Origin: Octopus sinensis
Lineage: Eukaryota
Assembly: GCF_006345805.1 (NCBI RefSeq)
Contig: NC_042998.1
Location: 117,242,001-117,306,000, forward strand
DNA: 64,000 nucleotides
Reading direction: 5' to 3'
Below, piece after piece: positions 37,601-50,480 of the stretch. The notes beneath the pieces are model-generated. The model worked only from the letters and a program-made list of their open reading frames with translations. It made no database searches and was not told the origin of the DNA. Position numbers and translations under genes: made by a program. Positions within the stretch are counted from its first letter, which is position 1; every line of letters begins with the position of its first letter.

Positions 37601-39860
37601 AGTGACCAACAACTAACTGCTACAACTTAGAGTGGACATTGCAGCAGTCCAGAAAACGAGACACCACAATTCGTGGACCCATCGTGAATGAGAGTATGCC
37701 GTTTTCTGGCAAGGGAAAGGCAATGATGAAACCAGACAGCATGGCGTCGGCTTTTCCGAGAACTCTCTGTTGAAGATGGTAGAACTCAGCAGCGCTGGTT
37801 CGGAGAGGATGCACTCACTTCAAATGTGTACTTCCGATGCGCCTATCAATCTTGTCAGTGCTTATATCTCAGACCTATTCCAGATATGACACTTAGGATA
37901 AGTTCAACGATCAGCTATCCATGAAATTACAGACATTCCCAAATGGATGAGATCTGGTGCTACTTGGCTACTTCAATACCAGACTGTGAATTGATCACGA
38001 CTCCTAGCTATGATGTCTGAGTCGGTACGGGGCTGACAACATGAATTAAAATGGGCAACGGTTGCTTCAACTCTATATGCTCCATGACTATATGTCACCA
38101 ACACTTACTTCAATACCAATAGTCAACAGGGGGTCTCCTGATGTGACCCTCATTCAGACACTGAAACCAGCTAGATCTGATCATCACAATTGACAACCAG
38201 CCGAGGAAAGTGCTCCTGACTCGATCCTTTCAGAGCGCTGACTGTGTTACTTTGTTAGCTGTAATCTCAAACTCCAACCAAATATGATGCACAGCGCTAA
38301 AGCTCCAGGCAAGCAGCGTATCAGTGCTATTGCAATCAAGTAGGAAACTAAGGGAGATGTATTCCTCAGTGTAAGACGCCCTCCTTGCAGACTGACCAGA
38401 TACCAATGTGCAGCAGAGGTGGGGCTCTCTCAAGGTCATCATCCATAGCACTGCACTGATGGCCTTTACGAGGCGAAGAAAAACGACGCAAAATTGGTTT
38501 CAGGCGAATGCAAAAGAGCTCAATACTCCGATAGAGGAGCAGCAACTTGCCCGGCTGGAGCACAAACAGCAACACATGAGAAAAATCTTTGCAATCACTA
38601 AGATAGCAAGGAACACCATACAGAAAACAATGAGACGTTGTCCAAATGACTACCAGTTACATCAATGTGAGCACACGGGCACAATTCGCGGAATGTATGA
38701 CGGTATCAAAAAAGCCATCGGCCCAGCCCAGACAAAATAGCTCCACTCAAATTCGGAACAGAAGACATGAAGGTCAAAAGGGAGTGAAACGGAAGAGATC
38801 TCTGAAAAATTATTCGTAATCCTGTACCAATGAAAACAACATCTCGCAGTAGACAGCGTGGAACATCTATCCTTTGTGAAGGAGCTGGACGCATTGGTGA
38901 AGACCTGAGCATTGGTGGCTTGCCCACTGAAAAAGTACAGGGTTGGACGGCATGTCAGGGGAATTCTACTTAGTCATTTGCTGATGATACTGTACCAGTG
39001 TGAAGAGGAGGATCAGTCCTGCAAGGCATGAGAGACAGCAGCATTGTCAACTTACATAACAATGGAGATTGAAGCAGCGGTAATAATTACCGAGGTATGT
39101 TGCTGTGAAGCATCGTCGGGAAGGTCATTACCCGAGTTGTCCTCAATAGACCACAGAAAATTGCTGAGAGAGCACACCCCGAATCTCAGTGTGGTTTCAC
39201 ATCAGAACGCTAGGCCATCGACATGATCTTCTCTCTTCGACATCTAAAGAAGTACAGAGAGCACAGGCAACCGCTCTGCATCACCTTCATCGACCTCACA
39301 AAGGCTTTTGTCCTAGTTTTTAGAGACAGCATGTTCAAAATCCTTGTAAAGGTTGGCTACCCTCCATGTCTCATCAGGATTTTTCACTTTCTTCACACGG
39401 ATATGAAGGGCGTTGCTTAATTTGATAGCTCTTCCTCAGAGGCTTTCAACATATGTAGCGGCGTGAAGCAGGACTGTGTGCCTGCCTCTAGCTTGTTTGG
39501 CATCCTCTTCGCACTACTCCTGAAACAGGCATTTGGAACATGATCTGAGGGTGTTACACCAGATTCGACGGTAAACTGTGTAGTGCGTCGTGCTTGAAAG
39601 CAAAAATCCAGGTTTCCTCAGCTAGTCATCAGAGAAATGCTGTTCGCGGACAACGCAGCACTGACAGCGTGCACTGAAGAATAAATGCAGCATCTTGTGG
39701 ACAAACCCTCAAGAGGTTGTCAGGAATTCAGCCTGACTATCAGTGTGAAGACGACCAACGTACTTGGTCAAAGTATCAAGCACCCCCACACACCATCAAG
39801 CTGTATGTAGTCCATGAATTCATTTACCTCGGCTCTACCATCTCTGATGATCTCAGATTT
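37600..39860 (+). mobile_element. RTE-clade LINE (BovB/RTE-1-like), degenerate
   Basis: APE remnants; NWFQANAKE; GTIRGMYDGIKKAIGP; MIFSLRHLKKYREHRQPLCITFIDLTKAF; SGVKQDCV; MLFADNAAL; HEFIYLGSTIS. Confidence 0.9.
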
Positions 39861-41394
39861 AGTTATGATTTATTTTTATTCATGAGCTTTTTTTGTTATT
39901 TATCATAAATAAACAATTAAATTACCTATTCATGTTGTTTATTTTATTTTTTGATTTATAATTTGATTGCCAGTCGTGCCAGCAATTTTGTTGTGGTACC
40001 CCGACGCACAGGAAGCTTTACAATAATTACACCAATAACTTGTTTTTATGCAGCACTTGGATTTTGTTGTCTAGCAATATTCGGCTATGAAAAGAAGTCT
40101 AAACTTGATGTAAAACGGTTTTTACTGGTTAAATAGTCAGCTGTCAAGCAGATACATTATACGCTCAGGCTGGAAAACCAGCGTGGTTGGTTCAAAAGGC
40201 TAACGTTTCACTTTAGTAAAATGTAATTAATGCCAGCTTTTAAAGAAAGTTCAATAGTAAAAAAAAACTACGTATTTAATCGAGTCCCTCTTCATCAACT
40301 ATTATTTGTATCGATAAAATCAACAAAGCTTTAATAGCTACTATAGTTTATGGTGTATTACAAGATGTATGTGTGTATTCGGGATTACGTTTGTAGGGTT
40401 TCTTTACTCTCGCTGCTACCATGGGGTTGAACTCACCGGCAATCCCATGTTCTCTCCCACCGTCTTTCTATCTATCATTGCCTCTTTCTGAATATAGATA
40501 TTGTAAACATTTAATGTAATAGCTTTCCTCCATCTTACCGCCACCTCATGCCACTTCAGTACATATTCTTCACTGCCTCCGTCTCTTTTAAACTCTCCCT
40601 TCAAATAAACATTTCCATTCCAAACATGCATTCATAAGCAGACAAATATAGACTCTGATTTTGCAATGTTTACTCCTACCAACCGTGATCAAATAGAGGT
40701 AAACGGTGTGTGTGGATAGGTGTATCCTGGTTCTTTGTACGTAATAGAGAGAATTATTCAACATCATTGTTTATTAAAAGGGGATGGTGATTAGGTGCCT
40801 ATTAATTCTTGTATATAATTACAAGAATTATTTATCTCGTTGTAAAAGTAAAAGGATATAAGTATAAACATACGATATTTGACTTATTTCAATGGATAAT
40901 TAAAAGTTCTATATGAAGTCTGCCGTCCTCCGCACCATAGTACTTCTACAATACAAAATGGAAAATGCTGAGATTCACACATTTCATGAAAAGAATCATG
41001 ATTTCTTGTGATGATCATGATTCTCTCTTCACATCTTTTTCTCGTGTGAAATTGCTGACGTAGAAACATCTGGAAATATCACACCTTTTTTTAATAATGC
41101 TAATATCAGTTGATTCCATGTATATACACTGAAGTTTTAACTCGTATATTATAGTTTCGGATAGTATAACATGGAGAAAAATACTCTTATAAAATACTCA
41201 TGTCACGATAATTAAAGTAACGTTTATGCTTTTTTTTGTTTTGTTTTCTTAAAGTTACTACTTGCACCAAATCTATAAATACACTCACACATTCACACAT
41301 GAAATCATGTATGAATACACACTCATATTTTCTCACACACTCATGTTTAATCAGCCATACATATATATAGACAATTGTGTGTCGGTATATAAAT

Positions 41395-41640
<246 letters not shown>

Positions 41641-43414
41641 CTGCAAGATATATCTCTATTGTTATTATATACACTTCTATATATTGATGAGCAATCATGC
41701 ATAACATATACATACACTCACTTACACACACACGCATGGCACTCACACACACATACACACATATATACAAAGTGAAAGAGATAAGAGATATATTATGAAT
41801 GTGGTTTTGATGAATCATTATTTTGCTCTACATTTTCTAAACATGTTTTGCGTGTACTTCATTGTATGTGCTTGGAATATGTTTCATTTGCCAATTGTTT
41901 TCTTTACTAATGATTCGTGATGTTTCACAATTCATCGGAAGTTTGTCTAACTCATTTATTGATTTGTGCAAGTAATCACGTCTTTTCATCTCTGCTCGCC
42001 TGATTCTACCTATACATAATATGTATATAATACATACACACATATCTACATACATGCATACATGCATTCATACGTACAGAAATGTATGCTGATACATATA
42101 ACTATGTATAAGCGTATGTATGTATGTACATCATGCAAATATGTATATATAGAATTATGCCTCCCTCGTGTTTTCACTGAAATGTTTGTGTCTAATTATC
42201 ATACCAACTGACACATGCCAAAATACGTTTTCATATAAACACATGTTTTGTGCAATTCTGCGCATATATACGTATGTGTGATTGTAGTATATCTAAAAGG
42301 GAATTCTATAGCCTATAAGAATTCTCACAATTGCACATATTAAACCACATGCATATATTTAAACAAGTAAACATAAAAATAAAATTATATTTAAGCTAAT
42401 ATGATTCATATTGGTATACTTTGCTGTTTGGCATAAATTCGATTCATTCTTACAGTCAGTTTTCATGTTTGGTATCTCTTTGCCTCGTTTTAGGATAGTG
42501 TGCGTTCATTGTTTTTATGTTTTTGTCTTTTGTTACTGCTGTTATATTATTGCTTTCATTGAAAAATGAATGCGGAGTGAAATTTTAAAATTAATGACAC
42601 ACTGATGTACTATGAACCGTTATTCAAAATACTTTTTGTCGAATGCTACCCCATCGATGCCATTTCGTCGAATGAATCATTATCAAAAAATGCTCGTCGA
42701 AATGAATTTTCATGGAAAGACATGGATTTTGTTTTTCAAAGTATTTGTTTCAAACATTTTTATTAAAATATTATTCCATAAAATAATTATAGGTACAGAG
42801 AAATTGTAATTATAGAATAGTCCGTAATATAAAATAAATATTGCATATTTCACATATTTCTTTTAAAGTATTATATTGTTAAAAACGTCTGTAGAATAAT
42901 ATTATATGTAGAATATTTCAAATTTACGTTTGATCTGAAGTAAAGTTTTTCTTTCATCTTATAAATTAGAATTTTTCCATACCTTTGGGTAGCACCAACT
43001 AAATACTAAACTGTAAGGATTTGGGGAATGTTCTGGTGGAAAGTTCGCTAAACTTAGGGTGCATAATGTTTGAGATCTGATATACCGTATTAGCGTTATT
43101 GACTTGCATTCTCGACAATGGATTTTCTACTTGCTGAGAGATTGCTTTTGGTTCGTTGGATTTACTTCAATTTTCCTTTCTATTCATTCGAGTTTTGCTT
43201 GTCAAATATTTGTTACAACTGCAATATAATATACTATTGACAGTCTTATTGGTAGTGTAGGAAAAGTTATTACATTTCAGCTACGGTGTTTCTTTACATT
43301 TCAATTCCACTTATGGGAAACATATTTTGTGTCTGGTAGACATGAAAACGTCCGTTAAAATGTGTACCCAATGGTTTATTGATTTGCAGCGAACATCCAT
43401 CGCATTGCAAAATA

Positions 43415-43478
43415 CAGTAGTACCTCAGTCTTCGAACAACTCTGATCACGAATAAGTCATGCTTTATATATATCTATA

Positions 43479-43571
<93 letters not shown>

Positions 43572-43627
43572 TATATAAAGCACGATTTATTCGTGATCAG
43601 AGTTGTTCGAAAGCCGAGGTACTACTG
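43415..43627. mobile_element. MITE (Tc1/mariner/pogo-type termini) with a (TA)n core
   Basis: TA-CAGTAGTACCTC...GAGGTACTACTG-TA; about 55-bp TIRs with about 5 mismatches. Confidence 0.8.
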
Positions 43628-43870
43628 TATTTAAAAGCAAACATAATCTCACAAATGCGGACTTGTTCTATAAATCATACAAATAATAATTCTTGATATT
43701 ACAAACTAATTAGCGGTCAAAATATATTTGATCATTTGAAAATTCCGTACGATAGACAGTTGCTTCAAGCTATAAGACAATTTCAAATATTCTTTGCTTA
43801 AAACTGTCATATTAATAAAAACGTCTACAAAAATGTTATTCAAATAAGTATCTGATACATGTAATGTGTA

Positions 43871-45135
43871 TTAGGTTGTCTCACAGGAAGTCTCGTATTT
43901 TAAATAGGTTTCTTATGAGTGATCTATAAATGGTTTCTTAATGAGTTTCTATGCATATGCTTGTGTTTACCCTTCATTCTGTTTCTTTCTAGACAATGCT
44001 ATTATTCAAAATTGCTACCGACAGCACTTATGATAATGCTGACAACTGAACAATACCGAGTGATTTTCTTTTAGGATTACAAGTTCAAACACTCTGCCAC
44101 CGAAGCTTTGCAAAAGATCAAGCGGACGTCTCTTAACGATTCCGTTGTTATTAGAACTGTTCAGAGATGGTTCGAAAGATTTCGTTCAGGAAATGTAAGT
44201 TTTAAAAATGAACCAAAAGGGTGACCAAAATCAGTTATTTAGCATGATGAATTGAATGCTTTGGCTACACGAACTCTGAGAACAACGGCCCGAAATATCG
44301 GATCAGAGCTCCAGACATCTCCCGCAACTGCTTTTCGACACTTGAAGAAACTTGGAAAAGTCAAAAAGGAGGTTAACTTTGTTCCCCTTCAAGTTAATGA
44401 GATTCAAAGAAACAGGCACCATACAGCGTGTTCAATGTTGATTTCTCCGTTCGAAAGAACCATTTTCGTATCGATTCATTGCGTGTTATGAGAAATGAAT
44501 ACTCTTTGATATCAACAGGAGGACAGGACAGTGGTTAGATGTAGGAGCGTTACCAAAACACAGCCCAAAACCACCATTGACCTTGAAAAGTTGATAGTCA
44601 CTGTATGGTGATCAACCAATGGGGTTAATCATTATTCACATTTGCAACAAGGGAAAACTGTAAAAGCAACATCCTATTGTAAGGAAATTTATTGTATGCA
44701 TGGAAAATTAAAAAGAGAAGCAACCCAGATTAGTGAATGGAGATGGCCCAATTCTACTTCATGATAATGCACGGCCTCACACTTCTCAAGCGAAGGCCCC
44801 CAAGTTGCAAAACCTAAATTATGAAATTTTGGAACATCTTCTTTATTCTCCTGATATCTCTCTTATTGATTATCATATACTTAAACACTTAGAGCTTGCC
44901 ATATGCAATAAAACATTCTTCAATAAAGAAGTGGTAATTGAAGCATTCGAACAGTTTATCAGTGTAGAAGATGACAAATTCTTTGAAGATGGAATATATA
45001 CCATAGAAGAACGTTGGATGAAGGTCGTAAATGAAGAAGGATCATATTTTGATTAAATAAATAAATATTCTAAAATCAAAAAACAATTTTAATGTTTCCT
45101 TTTTCAAATGCAATATTTTATGTGAGACACCCTAA
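43871..45135 (+). mobile_element. mariner transposon, full length, defective transposase
   Basis: TIRs TTAGG(T/G)TGTCTCACA with TA duplications; TVQRWFERFRSGN, LLHDNARPHTSQ, YSPDISLIDYH (DD34D); frameshifts and stops. Confidence 0.93.
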
Positions 45136-45532
45136 TATTATTTAAAATGATCTACTTCAAAATAGTTCGTGTATCAGAAACAATACATTTACAGAAAATA
45201 TGTAAGGTAATCTTTTCGAGATCTAGTAAAATGCCATTGGGTGAAAAGCCGTTTTGGTAAGATGTCGCTTCCATGCCGTAATATTCAATGAACTGCTTTT
45301 CAGTTTAAAATATAAAGTTTTCATAAGGAAAAAAAACTTGGTTGTTGAATAAATACTATTTCGATGAAACTTCACCCGAGTAGGTGTGCTGATGAAAAAT
45401 TCTCACAATAAAACTATTGTTACGTACTAAATTGAATCTATAGAATATACATGTTCAAAAAATAATTTCCGCAAATGGACGTCTTCCATGCATTTCAATA
45501 TAAAAAATGGAATTGTATAATATAGGCAGTTA

Positions 45533-45720
45533 GTAAGACGATGAGATGGTAAACATATTAGTACGTCGGACAAAGCGCTTAATTGCATTTCTTTCGCCAT
45601 TACCTTCTGAATTGAAATGCCACCGAGGTCTAATTAGCCTCTCATTTTTTCGGGATTGATAAAATAAGTAGCAGTCGAACACCGGGTAATGGACTTTCCC
45701 CATGCCATTAAATTTCATTA
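45533..45720 (+). mobile_element. old tRNA-derived SINE
   Basis: Diverged match to 17365 and 47493 (TAAGACGATGAG...GATAAAATAAGTAGCAG). Confidence 0.55.
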
Positions 45721-47492
45721 CTTTTGCTTACAGCAGTAAAGAATTAAGCTAAATAGTAAAACAAAGAGAAAATATTAATTTGAAATTACGGAGAAATACT
45801 TGCATAGCAAGTGACCTGAACTGAGATCGTGTGCTGAAACGAAAACAATTGCATCGTGTAAAGTGTTTATAAGCCATTTAAAAACGCACAAAAACCGTTA
45901 GATTCATTTCAACATTTAAATTTAGTTTGCCAAAACATTTTCATTGTTTTGAGACCGTGACCTGATCCCTGACAAAATTCAACGATACAATATTATGATT
46001 TGATGTTCAACTAATGAATGTCCAATTGTGTTTTATGGAGGATTTCCTGTACTTATAATGCATAAACGTATGTATGATATATCAAAAGATCTTAGTTGAA
46101 ATCCTCTCATAAATGATTTCAAATTGTGAAGAAATTCATATGGTTGTCGTTATAATTCGTTTTCAAAATAAATAAAAATAATATTCTCTTAACCATCAGT
46201 TTTAAATTGTTTTGGCATAAAAATAATTTGGATTAATGTTTAAGTTTCCAAGCATTACACATACATCTGTAGCTTTTGATTAATTGCGAGATACACTTAG
46301 CATGATACAGTGTGACAGAGATAAACATTTTAATTAAATGTACAATCCACCCGGCATGTTCACACGCATTTTCACTCCAGCTATGTTTCATTTTAGGACA
46401 TAGGTTGTTGAGAGACTACAGACAATGACACTTCCCCATAATTTCACGAAAGAAATATTGAACGTGAGATGTTATCTTTGGGACGCAAACCGAGAACCCA
46501 TTCGATGAAACGGCGCCTACATTCATAGGTAGCCAAAGTAAATCCCCAAATGGGCAGCATTGTTTAAATGTTACAAATCAATTATCAGCCTATGTATTTC
46601 ATTAGGTACATATACTGCCTGAGTAGACATTGCTGAGGAAACTTCGTGTAAGTAGCCACCCTGAAATTGTGTTTCAGTATATGCAAAGACTCTCTTCAGG
46701 CACTGCATCATTTTTATGCAGGTTATTTGCAGTTGAATACTTATTGCTTTGAGAAGAATATTGGTACTTTTAAATCTAATTGCCTCTGTGTGTGTGCGTG
46801 TGTGTGTGTACGTGTGCATGTGCGTGTGCATGTGTGTGTGTGTGTGCATGAGTGTGAACACCTACATTTATTCGAAGATATTAATGTGGAAGATGCACTA
46901 ACGCTAAAAGTGAAAATGAAAAGCGTTTAAAAAAAGAAAACCTAGGGCGTCGGCATCCTATCGTGTTCATAATATTTGATGCAATGAATGTTAATGAGTC
47001 TATCGCTTGAAATATAGTTTCAAAATACATCTGTAAGTTTCTATCTATGAATATCGTATCCTCCCATCGTCATTATATTATAGAAAGTTATAAAAGCAAT
47101 ATATAATGATCATGAAATATTAAGGTTATTTTCTTTAATAGCCACACCCCCCTGAAATTTCCCGCTTTATTATAGTGGAAAATGCATAAAACAGTAGGTA
47201 ATTCGTTTTCGATTATTATGGTATATATTCCATTCCATTTTTCATAAAGTATTTTATAACACATGCAATGCTTTTTGTCATGACTTCTTCAATATATCAC
47301 TTTATATACGCTTAACTTGTATTATCAGTATGTTTAATAGTCAAAATTGTGCATATAACAGAGACTTCTTGGTCACGAACGTAAAATTTAAGGCCTCGCT
47401 GTGATCACATCATATTTTTAATAAGGAAAATTTGTATAGAAAATGACATCACAATCATTGTCACAATCTGTAATGATTCTCATATATATCTC

Positions 47493-47690
47493 TAAGACGG
47501 TGAGCTGGCAGAAATTTTAGCAGGACTGAAAATGCCTTAGAGGCAAATACCGTCACTACATTCAGAGTTCAAATTCTGACAAGGAGAGTTTTGCCTTTCA
47601 TTCTTTCGCGATGGGTAAAATAAGTACCAGTATAGCGCCATGCTCGATGAAATTAACTACCCACTTCTTCCAAACAAGTAGAAATGCTTA
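47493..47690 (+). mobile_element. tRNA-derived SINE
   Basis: AAGACGGTGAGCTGGCAGAA...GAGTTCAAATTC...TTTGCCTTTCATTCTTTCG...AAAATAAGTACCAG. Confidence 0.75.
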
Positions 47691-48250
47691 TTAGATATAC
47701 ATTTCTTAAAACCACATTGAATAAAAGAAATAATAAACCATATAATAAACGAATTTAGTTATAAATAAATTTCGGTGTAATCCGTGTTCATGCATTTCAT
47801 AGCTGTAGTGGCGAATAGCAATAAAAACAAAAACAAATCTAACAAGTTCACGGTTGTCTACGGTTATATAATTAAACTTCAGGTGGGAAGAAAATAACAC
47901 TGTTTAAAATTCATTAGCACTTGTAGAGACTCACGGCGTTTTGACAATAGATTAAAAGCAGCTGTGAATGCCTTTATGAACTAACACTTAAACAGGCATT
48001 TTCAATTTCACTTGCATTTATAGACAAGCATAAAATAGCATTTTACGTCGGTATCATATATAAACGGGGGGTAAGTCATGAATAAAATATAAGTGCAGGA
48101 AAACTCTCTTAGGTTACATAGGTTACATATAATAATACACTTACAAATTTCTGTGCACTCACATCTATGAATATATATATATGGATATATATCCAGGCGC
48201 CGCTGTGCGGAAGCGCAGGTGTAGCTGTGTGGTAGGAATATACATATATG

Positions 48251-48335
<85 letters not shown>

Positions 48336-48658
48336 ATATATATAATATATATATATATAAAGCTTCGAAAAGAGAGTCAACAGCAATACCTGCTGGGTTC
48401 GGCTACACCATATTGATAAGGGGAAAATGCACGCGAAATAGTCCGTGGATGTTGAACCAGCAACGAGGAGCTGATGACGTCCCCTGTTCGAAGGTTGTAA
48501 TGGACACAAGTTTATGTGTCACATACCTACCTATAAGCGATCGCCTTTTGGAGCTAATCAACGGCAGGATTCGTCCCATTTTTCTGGATTGCCATGTTAG
48601 CTTGGTGATAACTATTAATAACTAGTACTACTGCCGTAGTCTCCTTTACAGAGATTTA

Positions 48659-48669
48659 ATGATAATAAT

Positions 48670-48748
<79 letters not shown>
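48659..48748. repeat. (AAT)n microsatellite at the 5' junction of the Dong-like copy
   Basis: Direct sequence. Confidence 0.97.
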
Positions 48749-50245
48749 GTCAAACAATTCAGTGACGACATCAGAATGCAATTCGGCCTCGATAAATGTG
48801 CAAAGGCTACCTTTATCAAAGGAAAAATGACAGAAACATCTAACGTTAACCTTGACCAACAGAATGTCATAAAAGAACTAGACCCAGCGGATAGCTACAA
48901 GTACCTAGGGGTAATTGAAGGGAACGGAATAAGGCATTCAGAGATGAAGGAAAGGATCAGGAGAGAATGCTATCGAAGAGTGAGAGCAATGCTCAAGACA
49001 GAGCTGAATGCAAGAAACAGGATCGAAGCAATCAATGCATTAGCTATACCAGTCGTGACTTACAGTTTCAATATTGTTAACTGGTCAATTACTGAAATAT
49101 GTCAGCTCGACAGAAAAATAAGGAAACTGTTGACAATGCATAGAATGCACCAACCTAAGGCAGATACAGAACGACTCTATCTGCCAAGAAAAGAGGGAGG
49201 CCGTGGTCTTTTGCAACTGGCAATAACAATGAAGATTGCTACAATTGACCTAGACACCTACCTGAAAAACTCTGGGGACTGGATGTTAAAACTTGTCTCA
49301 AAACATGAAAACAAGAAAGCATCATACTCAGTCACAAAACAGGCAAAGGAATATCTAAGTGAATTCCGAATACAACCAATTTCGGAATTAGAGATAGACA
49401 TACAAGAAACAAGCACAGAAAAAGCTAGGCGCATGAAAACCCGTGCCAAAACTGCGGCCTTAGATATTCTGAATAATAAATGGCAAGAAAAACCTCTCTA
49501 TGGCAAATACCCAAAGAGAGCGAATAATGCAGATATCGACAAAGCCCTGACCCATCAATGGCTAATGGCCTCTGGCTTAAAATCTGAAACAGAGGGGTTT
49601 ATCATAGCAGCTCAAGATCAATGCCTACCAACAAGAAACTACCAGGCCAACATATTAAAGATCAGAAGCAGTCCAACGTGTCGTGTATGCAAGCAACAAA
49701 ATGAAACCATTGACCATGTGGTCTCCAAGTGCAGTCTTCTAGCGCCTACAGAGTATCTCAACAGGCACGATAGAGCTGCACAATATATTCACTGGGTAAT
49801 CTGTAAAAACCTGGATTTGCCCCATGAAAAAAACTGGTGGGAACACAAACCACCCCCAGTGCTTGAAAGTGACCACATCTCACTCCTCTGGAACTTCACC
49901 ATTCAAACTGACAGGAAGATAGATGCAAATAGGCCAGACATCATATTGAAAGACTTCAAACAAAGAACATGCCTCCTCATTGATATGACTGTCCCAATCG
50001 ATATAAACGTATCTGTCAGGACCTACCAAAAACTGAGCAAATATAAAGATCTTGAAATAGAAATCAGCAAAATGTGGAAGCTGAAGACTAAAACAATACC
50101 TGTTGTCATAGGTGCCCTGGGAATGATAGCAAAAGGGGCTGATAGCTACCTAACTCAGATACCAGGAAACCCAAAAATGGCAGAAGTTCAAAAGATAGTG
50201 CTCATGGGAACTGCTCATATCCTACGCAAAATACTCTCTATGTAA
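48749..50245 (+). CDS. partial ORF: RT C-terminus, CCHC Zn knuckle, restriction-like endonuclease (no native start)
   Basis: YKYLGV; AAQDQCLPTRNY; CRVCKQQNETIDHVVSKC; RHD; RPDIIL; LIDMTVP; KLSKYKDL; VIGALG; GTAHILRKIL*. Confidence 0.9.
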   Translation, partial: VKQFSDDIRMQFGLDKCAKATFIKGKMTETSNVNLDQQNVIKELDPADSYKYLGVIEGNGIRHSEMKERIRRECYRRVRAMLKTELNARNRIEAINALAIPVVTYSFNIVNWSITEICQLDRKIRKLLTMHRMHQPKADTERLYLPRKEGGRGLLQLAITMKIATIDLDTYLKNSGDWMLKLVSKHENKKASYSVTKQAKEYLSEFRIQPISELEIDIQETSTEKARRMKTRAKTAALDILNNKWQEKPLYGKYPKRANNADIDKALTHQWLMASGLKSETEGFIIAAQDQCLPTRNYQANILKIRSSPTCRVCKQQNETIDHVVSKCSLLAPTEYLNRHDRAAQYIHWVICKNLDLPHEKNWWEHKPPPVLESDHISLLWNFTIQTDRKIDANRPDIILKDFKQRTCLLIDMTVPIDINVSVRTYQKLSKYKDLEIEISKMWKLKTKTIPVVIGALGMIAKGADSYLTQIPGNPKMAEVQKIVLMGTAHILRKILSM

Positions 50246-50460
50246 CCTCAAGGTTTAAAACAACCATAATTTTCGGTTTAAAAAAAAAAAAAAAAAAAAA
50301 ATTTTTTTTTTAGACATTCATTAGTACAACATCCCCACCCCCCAAATATATGGCACACTAGGCATAAAAACAACATGAACTTCCAACCCTGTTGTCTCTT
50401 GAGGTCTCTGGGTGAGATTTGGAGCCAACTTGTACAAATGTAAAGCAAAAGTCAAACATA
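48749..50460 (+). mobile_element. R4/Dong-like retrotransposon, 5'-truncated, young
   Basis: Uninterrupted ORF, 3' UTR, (AAT)n at both ends. Confidence 0.95.
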
Positions 50461-50480
50461 GAATAATAATAATAATAATA

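Noticed and set aside
48465-48515. CTGATGA followed by a GTCC/GGAC stem
   Set aside because: GAAA is missing (ACAA) and no stem III; too degenerate to call a hammerhead.
48659-48748. Apparent start and poly-Ile N-terminus of the 528-aa ORF
   Set aside because: This is the (AAT)n target tract read in frame; element sequence starts at 48749.
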